Shown in pieces: positions 9,685-20,514 of a stretch of 64,000 nucleotides of DNA. Within the stretch, counting starts at the first letter, position 1. Each line of letters opens with the position of its first letter. Both the position numbers and the translations under genes were made by a program. The stretch covers positions 62,001-126,000 of IMG/VR virus record IMGVR_UViG_3300032322_001765; one strand, given 5' to 3'. Below the pieces are notes generated by a model that saw nothing but the letters and a program-made list of their open reading frames with translations, did not search any database and was not told the DNA's origin.

Positions 9685-10374
9685 ATGGCGGCAGACCCAT
9701 TTAACAGTAAAAGTGGCTACACAGTTGGCATACCTCCAATAGAAGTTATTGATGCTAATGGAAATATATATGCTGGTTATGCAGAGATTGGTAACGTAAC
9801 AATAAGCGGAGACCAGGTTGTTACCGGCACAATTTCAGCAAACTTGTTTACAGGCACTTTCGAAGGTAATATAACAGGTAATTTTGTTGTACCAGGATTA
9901 AACACATATGTAATTTATAATGATAATGGCAATGCAGGAGCCAGTCAGTTTTTTACATTTGATAGCGCAGATAAACTTCTTACAATAGATGGCGACCTAG
10001 TAGCAAATTCAATTACTTTAGGATCACAAAGTTTAGAATTTTCTACACAAAGAGTATTTTTTGCAACAACTAACAGTAATGCACCTGATCAGGTATTGTA
10101 TACGATTAATGCTAATACCATAATTTCTGTTGATTTTACTGTCATAGCGACAGATGCTACAGGTAACAATAGACAAACAAGTAAATTGTTTGCAAGTATT
10201 TTAGGAACTGAAGTCGGATATTACGAAATTGCTACAATTGATGTACCATATTTAGGTCCAGGCGTAGGCGATTTTGTAGTAAGATATAACGCAGGAAATA
10301 TTGAACTAACTGTTCAGCCCGTTACATCTTCTTTAGTCGATTATAGAATTATGGTAACAAGTTATAAAGAATAA
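9685..10374 (+). CDS. Short fibre/decoration-like virion protein
   Basis: Likely start is ATG 9685 (MAADPFNSKSGYTVG). Carries the N-terminal FNxxxG anchor motif, a YVIYNDNG..GASQFFTF module and the ~95-aa C-terminal domain shared with the next three genes. Confidence 0.7.
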   Translation: MAADPFNSKSGYTVGIPPIEVIDANGNIYAGYAEIGNVTISGDQVVTGTISANLFTGTFEGNITGNFVVPGLNTYVIYNDNGNAGASQFFTFDSADKLLTIDGDLVANSITLGSQSLEFSTQRVFFATTNSNAPDQVLYTINANTIISVDFTVIATDATGNNRQTSKLFASILGTEVGYYEIATIDVPYLGPGVGDFVVRYNAGNIELTVQPVTSSLVDYRIMVTSYKE

Positions 10375-10386
10375 GGAAAACAAAAA

Positions 10387-12543
10387 ATGGCAATTAGAAC
10401 ATTTAACTCGGTAGGCGGATTTTCAGTAGGTGAAACACCTACTACGATTATTTTAGCCAATGGAGATATCACTACTGCTAACGGTACTTTTACTGCAAAC
10501 GTAGGCGCATTAAGAGTTTTAACTGATAATTTATTATATGCAAATGGTGTACCTTGGGATTTTCAACAAGCCGCTGGTACAGGCAATTATCAAATTCAAT
10601 ATAACAGCAATAATGATTTTGGTGCTAGTGCTAATTTTACATTTGATCCTACAACCAATTTATTAAATCTAAGCAATGGTAATGCAATTGTTTCTGGTAA
10701 TATTACCTCATCAACATTCGTAGGTAATTTATCAGGTAATATTATTGGTAATATTACAGCAGCAGGTTCTAATACACAAGTTCAATATAATAGTAATGGC
10801 ATACTTGGTGGTAGTTCTGCATTTGTTTTTGATTATACAACAAATGCGTTAACAGTATCAGGAAATATTACAAGTTTAAATGCCAATTTAGGTAACATTG
10901 CAACAGCTAACTACTTTACAGGTACTCTAACTACAAATGCACAACCAAATGTAACAAGTCTTGGTACATTAAGTAGCTTAACAATTTCAGGCACAGGTGC
11001 GATAACAGGTGCTAATTCAGTAAGTGCTAACTTTTTAACAGGAACACTAACAACAGCACTACAACCAAACATTACGCAAGTAGGTACTTTAGGTAGTTTG
11101 AGTGTTCTTGGAAATGCTGTAGTTGGTAATCTAACTGGTGCTAATATTGTAATAGGTAATTTTTTAGATGGCACACTAGTTACTGCGGCACAACCAAATA
11201 TCACAAGTTTAGGTAACTTAACATCACTGCGTGTAACTGGAAATGCAAATATTGATGGTAATATTAATGGTGGTAATTTAAGCTTAACCGGTAAAGTATT
11301 GACATCAGTAATTCCAGGAACAAATGATACACTAACATTAGGCAATACAGGTAATGTTTGGAACAGCTTATTTGTAAGTAACATTAACATAGGATCCACT
11401 TATATTAGGTCAAGTGCTAATGTAATATTAATGGATGCCGCTAACATAGCAAACAATATATCGACAGGAACATTGACAGTTAGAAACGATGGGTCAGTTC
11501 AAGGTAACTTGACAGTATCAGGTAATTTAACGGTTTCTGGTAATACAACTTACATTAATGTAACTAACTTAGATATTGTTGACCCGTTAATTTCAATGGG
11601 TGGTTCAGGTAACGGTGGAAACGCAACTGCATATGACGGCAAAGATCGAGGTATGGTTCTTCTTAACTACTATAGCAATGGTAGTGGACCAGTCAATGAA
11701 GCATTTATTTGGAAGACAGGTAATAGTGAATTCCAAGCAATCAGTCAAATTAATAGTATAACCAATGAAGTTGTAACTGCCAGTGCATTTGCAAATATTC
11801 GCGGTGATACATTTATAGGTAATTTAAGCGGAACAATATTAACCGCTGCGCAACCCAATATTACTAGTTTAGGTACATTAGGTAATCTAACAATTAGTGG
11901 TAACTTAAAAGTTAACACTACAGCTAACTTAAATGCTTTAGTTGCAGGTGGACTTACATATCCAGTAATTGACGGAACAACATCACAAGTATTATCTACA
12001 TATGGTAACGGACAACTCTATTGGGCTACAATTAGCACAAGTAGTTTGTCAAATGGAAACAGTAATATTGTTGTTTATTCTAGCGGTAATGTTGCAATTA
12101 GTGCTATAGGTACAGCGAACGTACTTAACATTTCTAATACTACTGCTACAGTTAACGGTATATTAAATGTTACAGGTAACTTAACGTCAGGTAATGCTGA
12201 TGTATCGAACCTAATTATAAGTAATTCTACTATTAGGTCAGTAACAGTAACAACAACTAGCACAGGCGCAAATCAAACTATAGCAAGTTTATCAACAACT
12301 GGAGTAAGAGGAGCTGTGTTTGATATAAGCGGTCAAGAAACTGCAGGTGGAAAATATAGTATAGCGACCGTGTATTGTGTACATGATGGGGTTAATGTAG
12401 ATTATTCAGTTTCGGGTACAGTATTATTAGGTGGTGCAACAGGTACTTTAGTAGTTAATTTAGTGGGATCAACATTATTTTTAAGTGTTACTCCTACAAG
12501 TAGTAATTCTACAAGATGGACTACACAATATAGAACAATTTAA
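10387..12543 (+). CDS. Fibre protein (718 aa)
   Basis: FNSVGG anchor, four QPN(I/V)T shaft repeats, one DPLI..DGKDRG knob module and the shared C-terminal domain. AAGGA SD upstream. Confidence 0.8.
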   Translation: MAIRTFNSVGGFSVGETPTTIILANGDITTANGTFTANVGALRVLTDNLLYANGVPWDFQQAAGTGNYQIQYNSNNDFGASANFTFDPTTNLLNLSNGNAIVSGNITSSTFVGNLSGNIIGNITAAGSNTQVQYNSNGILGGSSAFVFDYTTNALTVSGNITSLNANLGNIATANYFTGTLTTNAQPNVTSLGTLSSLTISGTGAITGANSVSANFLTGTLTTALQPNITQVGTLGSLSVLGNAVVGNLTGANIVIGNFLDGTLVTAAQPNITSLGNLTSLRVTGNANIDGNINGGNLSLTGKVLTSVIPGTNDTLTLGNTGNVWNSLFVSNINIGSTYIRSSANVILMDAANIANNISTGTLTVRNDGSVQGNLTVSGNLTVSGNTTYINVTNLDIVDPLISMGGSGNGGNATAYDGKDRGMVLLNYYSNGSGPVNEAFIWKTGNSEFQAISQINSITNEVVTASAFANIRGDTFIGNLSGTILTAAQPNITSLGTLGNLTISGNLKVNTTANLNALVAGGLTYPVIDGTTSQVLSTYGNGQLYWATISTSSLSNGNSNIVVYSSGNVAISAIGTANVLNISNTTATVNGILNVTGNLTSGNADVSNLIISNSTIRSVTVTTTSTGANQTIASLSTTGVRGAVFDISGQETAGGKYSIATVYCVHDGVNVDYSVSGTVLLGGATGTLVVNLVGSTLFLSVTPTSSNSTRWTTQYRTI

Positions 12544-12567
12544 AAGGCCAATTGACGGAAAACTATA

Positions 12568-15500
12568 ATGGCAATAACAAAGTTTAATGTAGTTGAAGGT
12601 CTTACGGTTGGTGGTCTTGTTCAAATACCTGTCATTGACAATACTGCAAACGTCAGTGCTAACAACTTAAATGTACAAGGTGACTCTAACTTAGGTAACC
12701 TAGCCACTGCTAATTATTTTACTGGTAATGGTAGATTACTATCTGGTATAACTCTTGCCAACACAATCGCTGATGTATCAATAACGTCACCTACCAATGG
12801 TCAAACTTTAATCTACAACGGGTTAGTTTGGGTAAACACTAATACAGGTGCGGTGTCTGCAGGACAGGGTGTTAGCTTTTGGCTTTCTACTCCGATAATA
12901 AACGCAATAAATGCTAACAATGCTATTCAAGTTGATTCATTAAGTAGTACACCAAATACCTCAGCACAAACATATGCAAACGTTACAGTTAACGGTACGG
13001 CAGCTATTGCTGGATTTGTTTCACCACCATTAAACAGAACTAGTTGGGATGCAGGTAATTGGGACTTTTCAATTTGGGCTAATATTAGTGCTACAGGTGG
13101 CACTAACACGTTGAATGCGGGCATTCATCAAATATTGCCTAATGCTGGAACAGTAACTACTACAGGTACAGGTACCACAAGAACAGCAACAGCTAGCACT
13201 GGTACACCATTTGCTAATGTAGTAGCTGGGTCAAACGTAATATTATCTAGTTACATACAAACACCTCAAGGTTTATATCGTATTACTGCTAAAACTAGTG
13301 ACACAGTAGTAAGTATTAATGTTCCCACTACGTACACGAATGAAACAACTGTGTCTGCGAGTGTGTGGGTACCGTTGTTTAATATTGGTTCAGCAGATAT
13401 GTCTACAACATCGCTGTTTGAATATAATTTTACCACAACAGAACCTGCTTGGCCTGTTACTACCAATTCATCAATGGGTTTATTATTGGCGGCAACTACG
13501 TCATCATCAAAATCTGTATATGTTACAATAAATGGTACAAATCAAGCAAGTCATTTTACAACGCCATTAGCAACATTACACGATCAATTGGCAGGATTGC
13601 AAGGCGGTCAGATTGATGAATATTACCATTTAACATACAATGAATATGCAGGCACAGGCACGGGTAATTTTGTAAGACAAAGTAATGCAAACTTAATTAA
13701 TCCCAACATCGATAGTGCAACGGGGTTGAGTTTAACACTAACAGGTAATTTAGTATCAGGTAATGCGAATTTAGGTAATTTAGCAGTAGCAAATTATGTT
13801 ACTGGAACACTTACTACAGGTAATCAACCAAACATAACTAGTTTAGGTACACTAAGTGGCTTGACAAGTAATGGCATCGTTAATTTTACAACTGCAAGTA
13901 ACGTATCGTTGGGTGATGTTTCTAATTTAAAAATACTAGGCGGTACTGCAGGATACGTTTTAAAAACAGACGGTACTGGTAATTTAAGTTGGGGTATAGA
14001 TACAACAGCAGCGGCAGGCAATAACACATACGTACAGTTTAATGATGGTGGATCATTAGGCGGTAACGCAAACTTTACGTTTGATAAATCTACTTCATTA
14101 TTAACAGTTACAGGTAATGTCAATGCATTGAATGCAGACTTAGGTAATCTAGTTGCTGCAAACTTCTTTAGCGGTAATGGTTCATTACTAAGTTCTATTA
14201 CTGGTGGCAACGTTACTGGTCAAGTAGGAAATGCATTAGTCGCTGGTACTGTTTATACTAATGCACAGCCAAATATAACAAGTTTAGGTACGCTAACTTC
14301 TTTATCTGTTTCGGGTAATGCTTCTTTTACAGGAGCAAATACATATTTTTCTAATATTGCAAATGTTAAAATACCAGGCGGAAGTAATGGATATGTATTA
14401 AAAACAGATGGTGCTGGAAACTTAAGTTGGGGCATCGACGTAACAGACTATAGTAATACAAACGTTGCAGCATATCTCCCTACGTATACTGGAAACTTTA
14501 CTGCGGGTAACGCTAATATTTCAGGTAATATCATTTCTGGTAATGCAAGTTTAGGTAACTTAGCAACAGCAAATTATTTTAGTGGTGATGGATCATTATT
14601 ATCTAACATCACAGGCGGCAATGTTGTAGGACAAGTAGGTAATGCACTGGTTGCTGGTACGGTCTACACTAACGCACAACCAAATATAACAAGTTTAGGA
14701 ACATTAACGTCATTAAGTGTTACAGGCAATATTACATCAGGTAATGCAAGTTTAGGAAACTTAGCAACAGCAAACTATTTTAGTGGTGATGGGTCGCTAC
14801 TTACATCAATAACCGGTGGTAACGTTACTGGTCAGGTTGCAAATGCACTCATAGCCGGCACAGTATATACAAATGCACAGCCTAATATAACTTCAGTTGG
14901 TAATCTTTCAAGCCTAACAGTTAGTGGTAATATCACATCAGGCAACGCAAGTTTAGGTAACTTAGCAGTAGCTAATTATTTTAACGGTGATGGGTCATTA
15001 TTATCAAGTCTAACCGGTAGTAATGTAACAGGTCAAGTAGCTAATGCATTAATAGCTGGTACCGTATATACGAATGCACAACCAAACATCACTAGTGTTG
15101 GTACATTAACAAGCCTAAATATAACAGGTAATGTTAGTTCAGGTAATGCGAATTTAGGTAATTTAGTATTAGCAAATTATTTCAGTGGTGATGGTTCTTT
15201 ACTCAGTAATTTAAATGTTGCAAATATTGGTACTGTAGCAAATGCAAATTATGCAGCATTTGCAGGTAATGTTACACTCGCATCACAACCTAATATTACT
15301 AGTGTTGGTAATTTATCGAGCCTGACTGTTAGTGGTAATACAACAATAGCAGGAAACTTAACTGTATCTGGTACAACTGTTTACGCTAATGTTACAACGT
15401 TAAATGTTAAAGATCCGATAATTGAATTAGGTGGCACAGGCAATAATGATCCACTAAGTTCTAATGATGGCAAAGACAGAGGCACATTACTACATTACTA

Positions 15501-18500
15501 TACAACTACTCCAATTGATGCGTTTATGGGTTGGGACAACTCGAACGGTGAGTTTGGGTTCGGTAGTAACGTCACAGCTACAAATGAAGTAATTACGTGG
15601 AACAGCTACGGTAATATTAGAGCAGGTTATATTATTGCTGATGGAAGTCTGTTAACATCAATTACAGGCGGTAATGTCACTGGACAAGTAGGCAATGCAT
15701 TAATTGCTGGTACAGTTTACACTAATGCGCAACCAAATATTACAAGTTTAGGTACACTTAGTAGTTTAAGTGTTACTGGTAATATTAGTGCAGGTAATGC
15801 GAATTTAGGTAATTTAGTAACAGCAAATTATTTTATTGGTGATGGTTCTTTACTCAGCAATTTAAATACTGCAAATATAGGAACCGTTGCTAATGCAAAC
15901 TATGCAGCTTTTGCCGGCAACGTAGTGCTTGCGAGTCAACCCAACATAACAAGTTTAGGAACTTTAGTAAGTTTATCTGTTACAGGTAATATTACTTCAG
16001 GTAATGCGAATTTAGGTAATTTAGCAGTAGCAAACTATTTTAGTGGCAATGGATCACTACTTACATCAATAACCGGTGGTAATGTTACAGGACAAGTAGG
16101 CAACGCATTAATTGCAGGCACAGTGTACACTAATGCACAACCAAATATTACAAGTGTTGGTACATTACAAAGTACTACACTAGCAGCAAACGCCAACCTA
16201 ACTTTAAGTGGCAGTTTATCTCAAATAACCGGTGCTAATTTAGTAAGTGCGTCATTGTTGACTGGTACATTAACTACAGCAGCACAACCAAATATTACTA
16301 GCCTTGGTACTTTAGGAAATTTAACTGTTACAGCAAACGCAAGTGCGGGTAATATATTAACTAACAATTTATTATATTCTAACGGTACTCCTTGGAATCT
16401 TAACGGAACATATTCAAATACAAATGTAGCTGCCTATTTACCGACTTATACAGGGAACTTGACAGCAGGTAATGCGAACATTTCAGGTAACATTTTTGGT
16501 AACAATGGAACACTAACCGGTGCCTTACTATTGGGTTCAGGTTCAGGCGGAAATATATCAGGAGCAAATGTTGTTACTGCTAATCTGTTTACAGGTACTT
16601 TAACAACAGGCGCCCAACCAAACATTACAAGTTTAGGTACCTTAGCTAGTTTAACCGTAACCGCTAATATTAGTTCTGGTAACGCTAATTTGGGTAATTT
16701 AGTAGTAGCAAACTTCTTCTCAGGTAATGGAGCATTACTAACATCAATTACAGGTGCTAATGTTACAGGTCAAGTAGGTAATGCATTGGTTTCAGGTACA
16801 GTATATACAAATGCACAACCAAACATAACATCAGTTGGTACATTAACGTCTTTATCTGTTACAGGTAATGTTAGTGCAGGTAATGCTAACTTAGGTAATT
16901 TAGCTAGAGCAAACTTCTTTAGCGGAGATGGTGGCTTTTTATCAAATATAAATCCTAGTAATATTGGTACAGTCGCAAATGCAAACTATGCGGCATTTGC
17001 AGGAAACGTAACATTAGCATCACAACCAAATATTACAAGTGTTGGTAATCTAGCAAGCCTAACAGTTAGTGGCAATACAACGATTGCAGGAAATCTAACA
17101 GTTTCAGGAACAACAATTTATGCTAATGTATCTACATTAAATGTTAAAGATCCAATCATTGAATTAGGTGGTACAGGTAATAACGATCCATTAACAAGTA
17201 ATGACGGTAAAGACAGAGGTACATTATTACATTATTATACTACTGCTCCAGTTGACGCATTTATGGGTTGGGACAACTCAAACGCTGAATTTGGGTTCGG
17301 TAGTAATGTTACAGTTACAAATGAAGTAGTTACATGGAATAGTTACGGTAATATACGTGCCAATTATTTTATTGGTAATGGTGCATTATTAACAGGAATG
17401 TATTCTAATACAAATGTTGCTGCCTACTTACCTACATATACTGGTAATGTTGCGGCAAACTACTTTATTGGAAATGGTAGTGCATTAACTTCAATAACAG
17501 GTGCTAATGTTACAGGTCAAGTAGCAAATGCATTGATTGCTGGTACTGTTTACACTGCTGCTCAACCTAATATTACAAGCGTTGGTACCCTCTCATCGTT
17601 GACTGTATCAGGATTAATTACAGCGACTGGTACAGGTATAAAAGTTGCTAACATTTATGATAGTACTACAACACTTACTATTGAAACAAAATACGGTAAT
17701 ATAGCGGGTGATGCAGGTGTCTATGGAAATCTAACGGTAGGAACCAGTGGTGCAGGAAATATTACTGCATACAACGCTAATTTAGGTAACTTAGTTATTG
17801 GTAATTTCTTACAGGGAACATTAACAACAGGTGCTCAACCAAATATAACAAGTGTTGGTACTTTAGGAAATTTATCCGTAACAGCAAATGCAAGTGCAGG
17901 TAATATATTAACTAATAATTTGTTATATGCAAATGGAACTCCGTGGAGTTTTGGAGATGTGTACTCTAATGCCAACGTAGCTAATTACTTACCTACATAC
18001 ACTGGAAACTTTACAGCGGGTAATATTTCAGTTACAGGATCAGTAATAGGAAATGCCGTTACGGCAAATTATGTAATGGTTACTGAGCGTACAACTGGAA
18101 ATTATTATCCAACGTTCGTTTCAAGTAATAGTTCAGGTAATTATGCGTTAGGTGCTAATGCAGACATATCTTATGATGCTGGTAACAGTACATTATACAT
18201 ATCTAAGCTTTCAAGTGGTTCAGGCAACGGCGGAACTATATCCGGTGCAAACTTAGTAAGTGCAAACTTCTTCCAAGGTGACGGTGGATTACTTTCTAAC
18301 ATATCTGCAAGTAACGTAGCTAGCGCAAACTATTCAAATTTTGCAGGTACCGTTATAACAGCAGCACAACCAAATATCACAAGTTTAGGAACATTAAGTA
18401 ATTTAAGTGTAACAGGAAATGTAAGTGCTGGTAACATATTAACGGACAGTTTACTTTATGCTAATGGAGTTGCATGGAGTTTTGGTAGTACCTATTCGAA

Positions 18501-20496
18501 TGCAAACGTAGCGAATTATTTACCAACATATACAGGTAATTTACAAGCTGGTAACTTTACATTAAATTCATTAGGTACAGGACAAATAGCAATATCATCA
18601 AGTGGCTTAATAGTTGGTGGTCCTGATTTAATTTGGGATTTTGCTAATTCAGCGTTAACTATTACTAATCTAAAAGCTAACGGTGTAATCAGCACAACAT
18701 CTAATGTAACCGCAAGTAATGCTAACTTAGGCAACTTAGTAACAGCAAATTATTTCACAGGTAATGCTTCATTATTAAGTTCGATCACAGGTGGCAATGT
18801 AACCGGTCAAGTAGGTAATGCATTGTTAGCGGGTACAGTATATACAAATGCACAACCAAATATTACGAGTCTTGGTAACTTAAGTGGTTTAACAAGTAAT
18901 GGCGTTATTGATTTTAACAATTCAAGTAATGTAACTTTAGGTAACGTAAGTAATTTACATATAGCAGGTGGTAGTTTAGGCTACGTCTTAAAAACAGACG
19001 GCGCTGGAAATTTAAGTTGGGGTATTGATTCAGCAGCAGCAGGTGGTAGTAATACAGAGGTTCAGTTTAATGATAATAATAGTCTTGCCGGTAGTGCAAA
19101 CTTTACATTTAACAAAACCACAAACACGTTAAGTGTAACAAACATCATAGGTAATGGCGCTGGCATCACTTATATCACAGGTAGCAATGTAAATGGTCAA
19201 GTAGGGAACGCATTAGTAGCCGGAACAGTGTATACTAATGCGCAACCAAACATCACAAGTTTAGGTACTTTAAGTAGTTTATCAGTAACAGCAAACGTTA
19301 GCGCAGGAAACATTAAATCGGATAATCTATTATATGCTAATGGTACTCCATACGTCTTTACTACAAATGCAGCTGGAAGTAATACACAAATTCAATTTAA
19401 TGACGGTAATGCTTTTGCCGGAAGTGCAAATCTAACATTCAATAAAGCGACCAACACACTTACAGCATATAACTTTGTAACTACAAATGCAAATGTTAAT
19501 GGTATAGCTAATTTAGGATCTGTAAGTAATGTTAAGATAACCGGCGGTTCAGCTGGCTATACACTAACAACAGATGGATTAGGTAACTTAAGTTGGCAAG
19601 TTGGTGCAGGTGGTGGTGCAGGGTTTGTTAATATTAATAAAGATAATTTTGTTGGTAACGGAGTACAAACTAATTTTACATTATCAACAGTACCTTCTGC
19701 TGAAGCAGCATTACAAGTTAACATCGACGGTTTAATTCAGCAGGATTGGGTTTACTCATTGTCAGGTAGTACTTTAATATTCTCTGATCCGCCTGCTAAT
19801 AATGCTAATATTGAAGTAACTATATACGGGGCAATAACTATATCCGGTGCAAATACACAGGTTCTGTTTATAGATGGTTCAAACGTAAATTCAAATAGTA
19901 ACTTTACGTTCAACAAAACCACTAGCACGTTATCAGTATCTAACCTTTCTGTTACCGGTAATGTTTCAAGTGGTAATTTATCAGCTACTTCTGGTTTATT
20001 AACATTAGGATCAGGAACTATTGAGGTATCCGGTAGTAATGCTGGTATCTTTACAGTTGGTATAGGAAACACTAATATTGGTCTAGCCGGTAATGTGACA
20101 TTAGGGAGTGCGTCAGGAAATGTTACGGTTCAGGGCAATTTATCAGTTGCTAATACAGCGACTATAACAAATCTAAAAGTAAATGATTTTTACAGCAATA
20201 GAACTCCTATTGTTGTTACAACTGGTACTGTTGTGGATAGCTTCAGTACCACAAAATATAGATCAGCTAAATACACTATGCGGGTTAATAGTGATGACGG
20301 TTATCAGGCTGTAGAAGTATTGCTGATTCACAACGGTACTAACAGTTTTGTAACAATCTATGGTAGTTTGTCTACAATCGGTTCTGATATTATTACTTTA
20401 AGCACAGATATTAATTCTGGAAATGTCAGAATGTTAGCAACAACATTGTCAGCTAATACTACGGTAAATTTATTAGGTACTTATGTATCAGATTAA
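12568..20496 (+). CDS. Giant fibre protein (2642 aa)
   Basis: About 18 QPNITS repeats, two KDPIIELGG..DGKDRG knobs, several SNT(Q/Y/E)xQFND and YSNxNVAxYLPTYTGN modules, an FxGNGxxTxFTL module and a C-terminal KYRSAKY domain. Confidence 0.85.
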   Translation: MAITKFNVVEGLTVGGLVQIPVIDNTANVSANNLNVQGDSNLGNLATANYFTGNGRLLSGITLANTIADVSITSPTNGQTLIYNGLVWVNTNTGAVSAGQGVSFWLSTPIINAINANNAIQVDSLSSTPNTSAQTYANVTVNGTAAIAGFVSPPLNRTSWDAGNWDFSIWANISATGGTNTLNAGIHQILPNAGTVTTTGTGTTRTATASTGTPFANVVAGSNVILSSYIQTPQGLYRITAKTSDTVVSINVPTTYTNETTVSASVWVPLFNIGSADMSTTSLFEYNFTTTEPAWPVTTNSSMGLLLAATTSSSKSVYVTINGTNQASHFTTPLATLHDQLAGLQGGQIDEYYHLTYNEYAGTGTGNFVRQSNANLINPNIDSATGLSLTLTGNLVSGNANLGNLAVANYVTGTLTTGNQPNITSLGTLSGLTSNGIVNFTTASNVSLGDVSNLKILGGTAGYVLKTDGTGNLSWGIDTTAAAGNNTYVQFNDGGSLGGNANFTFDKSTSLLTVTGNVNALNADLGNLVAANFFSGNGSLLSSITGGNVTGQVGNALVAGTVYTNAQPNITSLGTLTSLSVSGNASFTGANTYFSNIANVKIPGGSNGYVLKTDGAGNLSWGIDVTDYSNTNVAAYLPTYTGNFTAGNANISGNIISGNASLGNLATANYFSGDGSLLSNITGGNVVGQVGNALVAGTVYTNAQPNITSLGTLTSLSVTGNITSGNASLGNLATANYFSGDGSLLTSITGGNVTGQVANALIAGTVYTNAQPNITSVGNLSSLTVSGNITSGNASLGNLAVANYFNGDGSLLSSLTGSNVTGQVANALIAGTVYTNAQPNITSVGTLTSLNITGNVSSGNANLGNLVLANYFSGDGSLLSNLNVANIGTVANANYAAFAGNVTLASQPNITSVGNLSSLTVSGNTTIAGNLTVSGTTVYANVTTLNVKDPIIELGGTGNNDPLSSNDGKDRGTLLHYYTTTPIDAFMGWDNSNGEFGFGSNVTATNEVITWNSYGNIRAGYIIADGSLLTSITGGNVTGQVGNALIAGTVYTNAQPNITSLGTLSSLSVTGNISAGNANLGNLVTANYFIGDGSLLSNLNTANIGTVANANYAAFAGNVVLASQPNITSLGTLVSLSVTGNITSGNANLGNLAVANYFSGNGSLLTSITGGNVTGQVGNALIAGTVYTNAQPNITSVGTLQSTTLAANANLTLSGSLSQITGANLVSASLLTGTLTTAAQPNITSLGTLGNLTVTANASAGNILTNNLLYSNGTPWNLNGTYSNTNVAAYLPTYTGNLTAGNANISGNIFGNNGTLTGALLLGSGSGGNISGANVVTANLFTGTLTTGAQPNITSLGTLASLTVTANISSGNANLGNLVVANFFSGNGALLTSITGANVTGQVGNALVSGTVYTNAQPNITSVGTLTSLSVTGNVSAGNANLGNLARANFFSGDGGFLSNINPSNIGTVANANYAAFAGNVTLASQPNITSVGNLASLTVSGNTTIAGNLTVSGTTIYANVSTLNVKDPIIELGGTGNNDPLTSNDGKDRGTLLHYYTTAPVDAFMGWDNSNAEFGFGSNVTVTNEVVTWNSYGNIRANYFIGNGALLTGMYSNTNVAAYLPTYTGNVAANYFIGNGSALTSITGANVTGQVANALIAGTVYTAAQPNITSVGTLSSLTVSGLITATGTGIKVANIYDSTTTLTIETKYGNIAGDAGVYGNLTVGTSGAGNITAYNANLGNLVIGNFLQGTLTTGAQPNITSVGTLGNLSVTANASAGNILTNNLLYANGTPWSFGDVYSNANVANYLPTYTGNFTAGNISVTGSVIGNAVTANYVMVTERTTGNYYPTFVSSNSSGNYALGANADISYDAGNSTLYISKLSSGSGNGGTISGANLVSANFFQGDGGLLSNISASNVASANYSNFAGTVITAAQPNITSLGTLSNLSVTGNVSAGNILTDSLLYANGVAWSFGSTYSNANVANYLPTYTGNLQAGNFTLNSLGTGQIAISSSGLIVGGPDLIWDFANSALTITNLKANGVISTTSNVTASNANLGNLVTANYFTGNASLLSSITGGNVTGQVGNALLAGTVYTNAQPNITSLGNLSGLTSNGVIDFNNSSNVTLGNVSNLHIAGGSLGYVLKTDGAGNLSWGIDSAAAGGSNTEVQFNDNNSLAGSANFTFNKTTNTLSVTNIIGNGAGITYITGSNVNGQVGNALVAGTVYTNAQPNITSLGTLSSLSVTANVSAGNIKSDNLLYANGTPYVFTTNAAGSNTQIQFNDGNAFAGSANLTFNKATNTLTAYNFVTTNANVNGIANLGSVSNVKITGGSAGYTLTTDGLGNLSWQVGAGGGAGFVNINKDNFVGNGVQTNFTLSTVPSAEAALQVNIDGLIQQDWVYSLSGSTLIFSDPPANNANIEVTIYGAITISGANTQVLFIDGSNVNSNSNFTFNKTTSTLSVSNLSVTGNVSSGNLSATSGLLTLGSGTIEVSGSNAGIFTVGIGNTNIGLAGNVTLGSASGNVTVQGNLSVANTATITNLKVNDFYSNRTPIVVTTGTVVDSFSTTKYRSAKYTMRVNSDDGYQAVEVLLIHNGTNSFVTIYGSLSTIGSDIITLSTDINSGNVRMLATTLSANTTVNLLGTYVSD

Positions 20497-20514
20497 GATT
20501 AAGGAAAATTTAAA

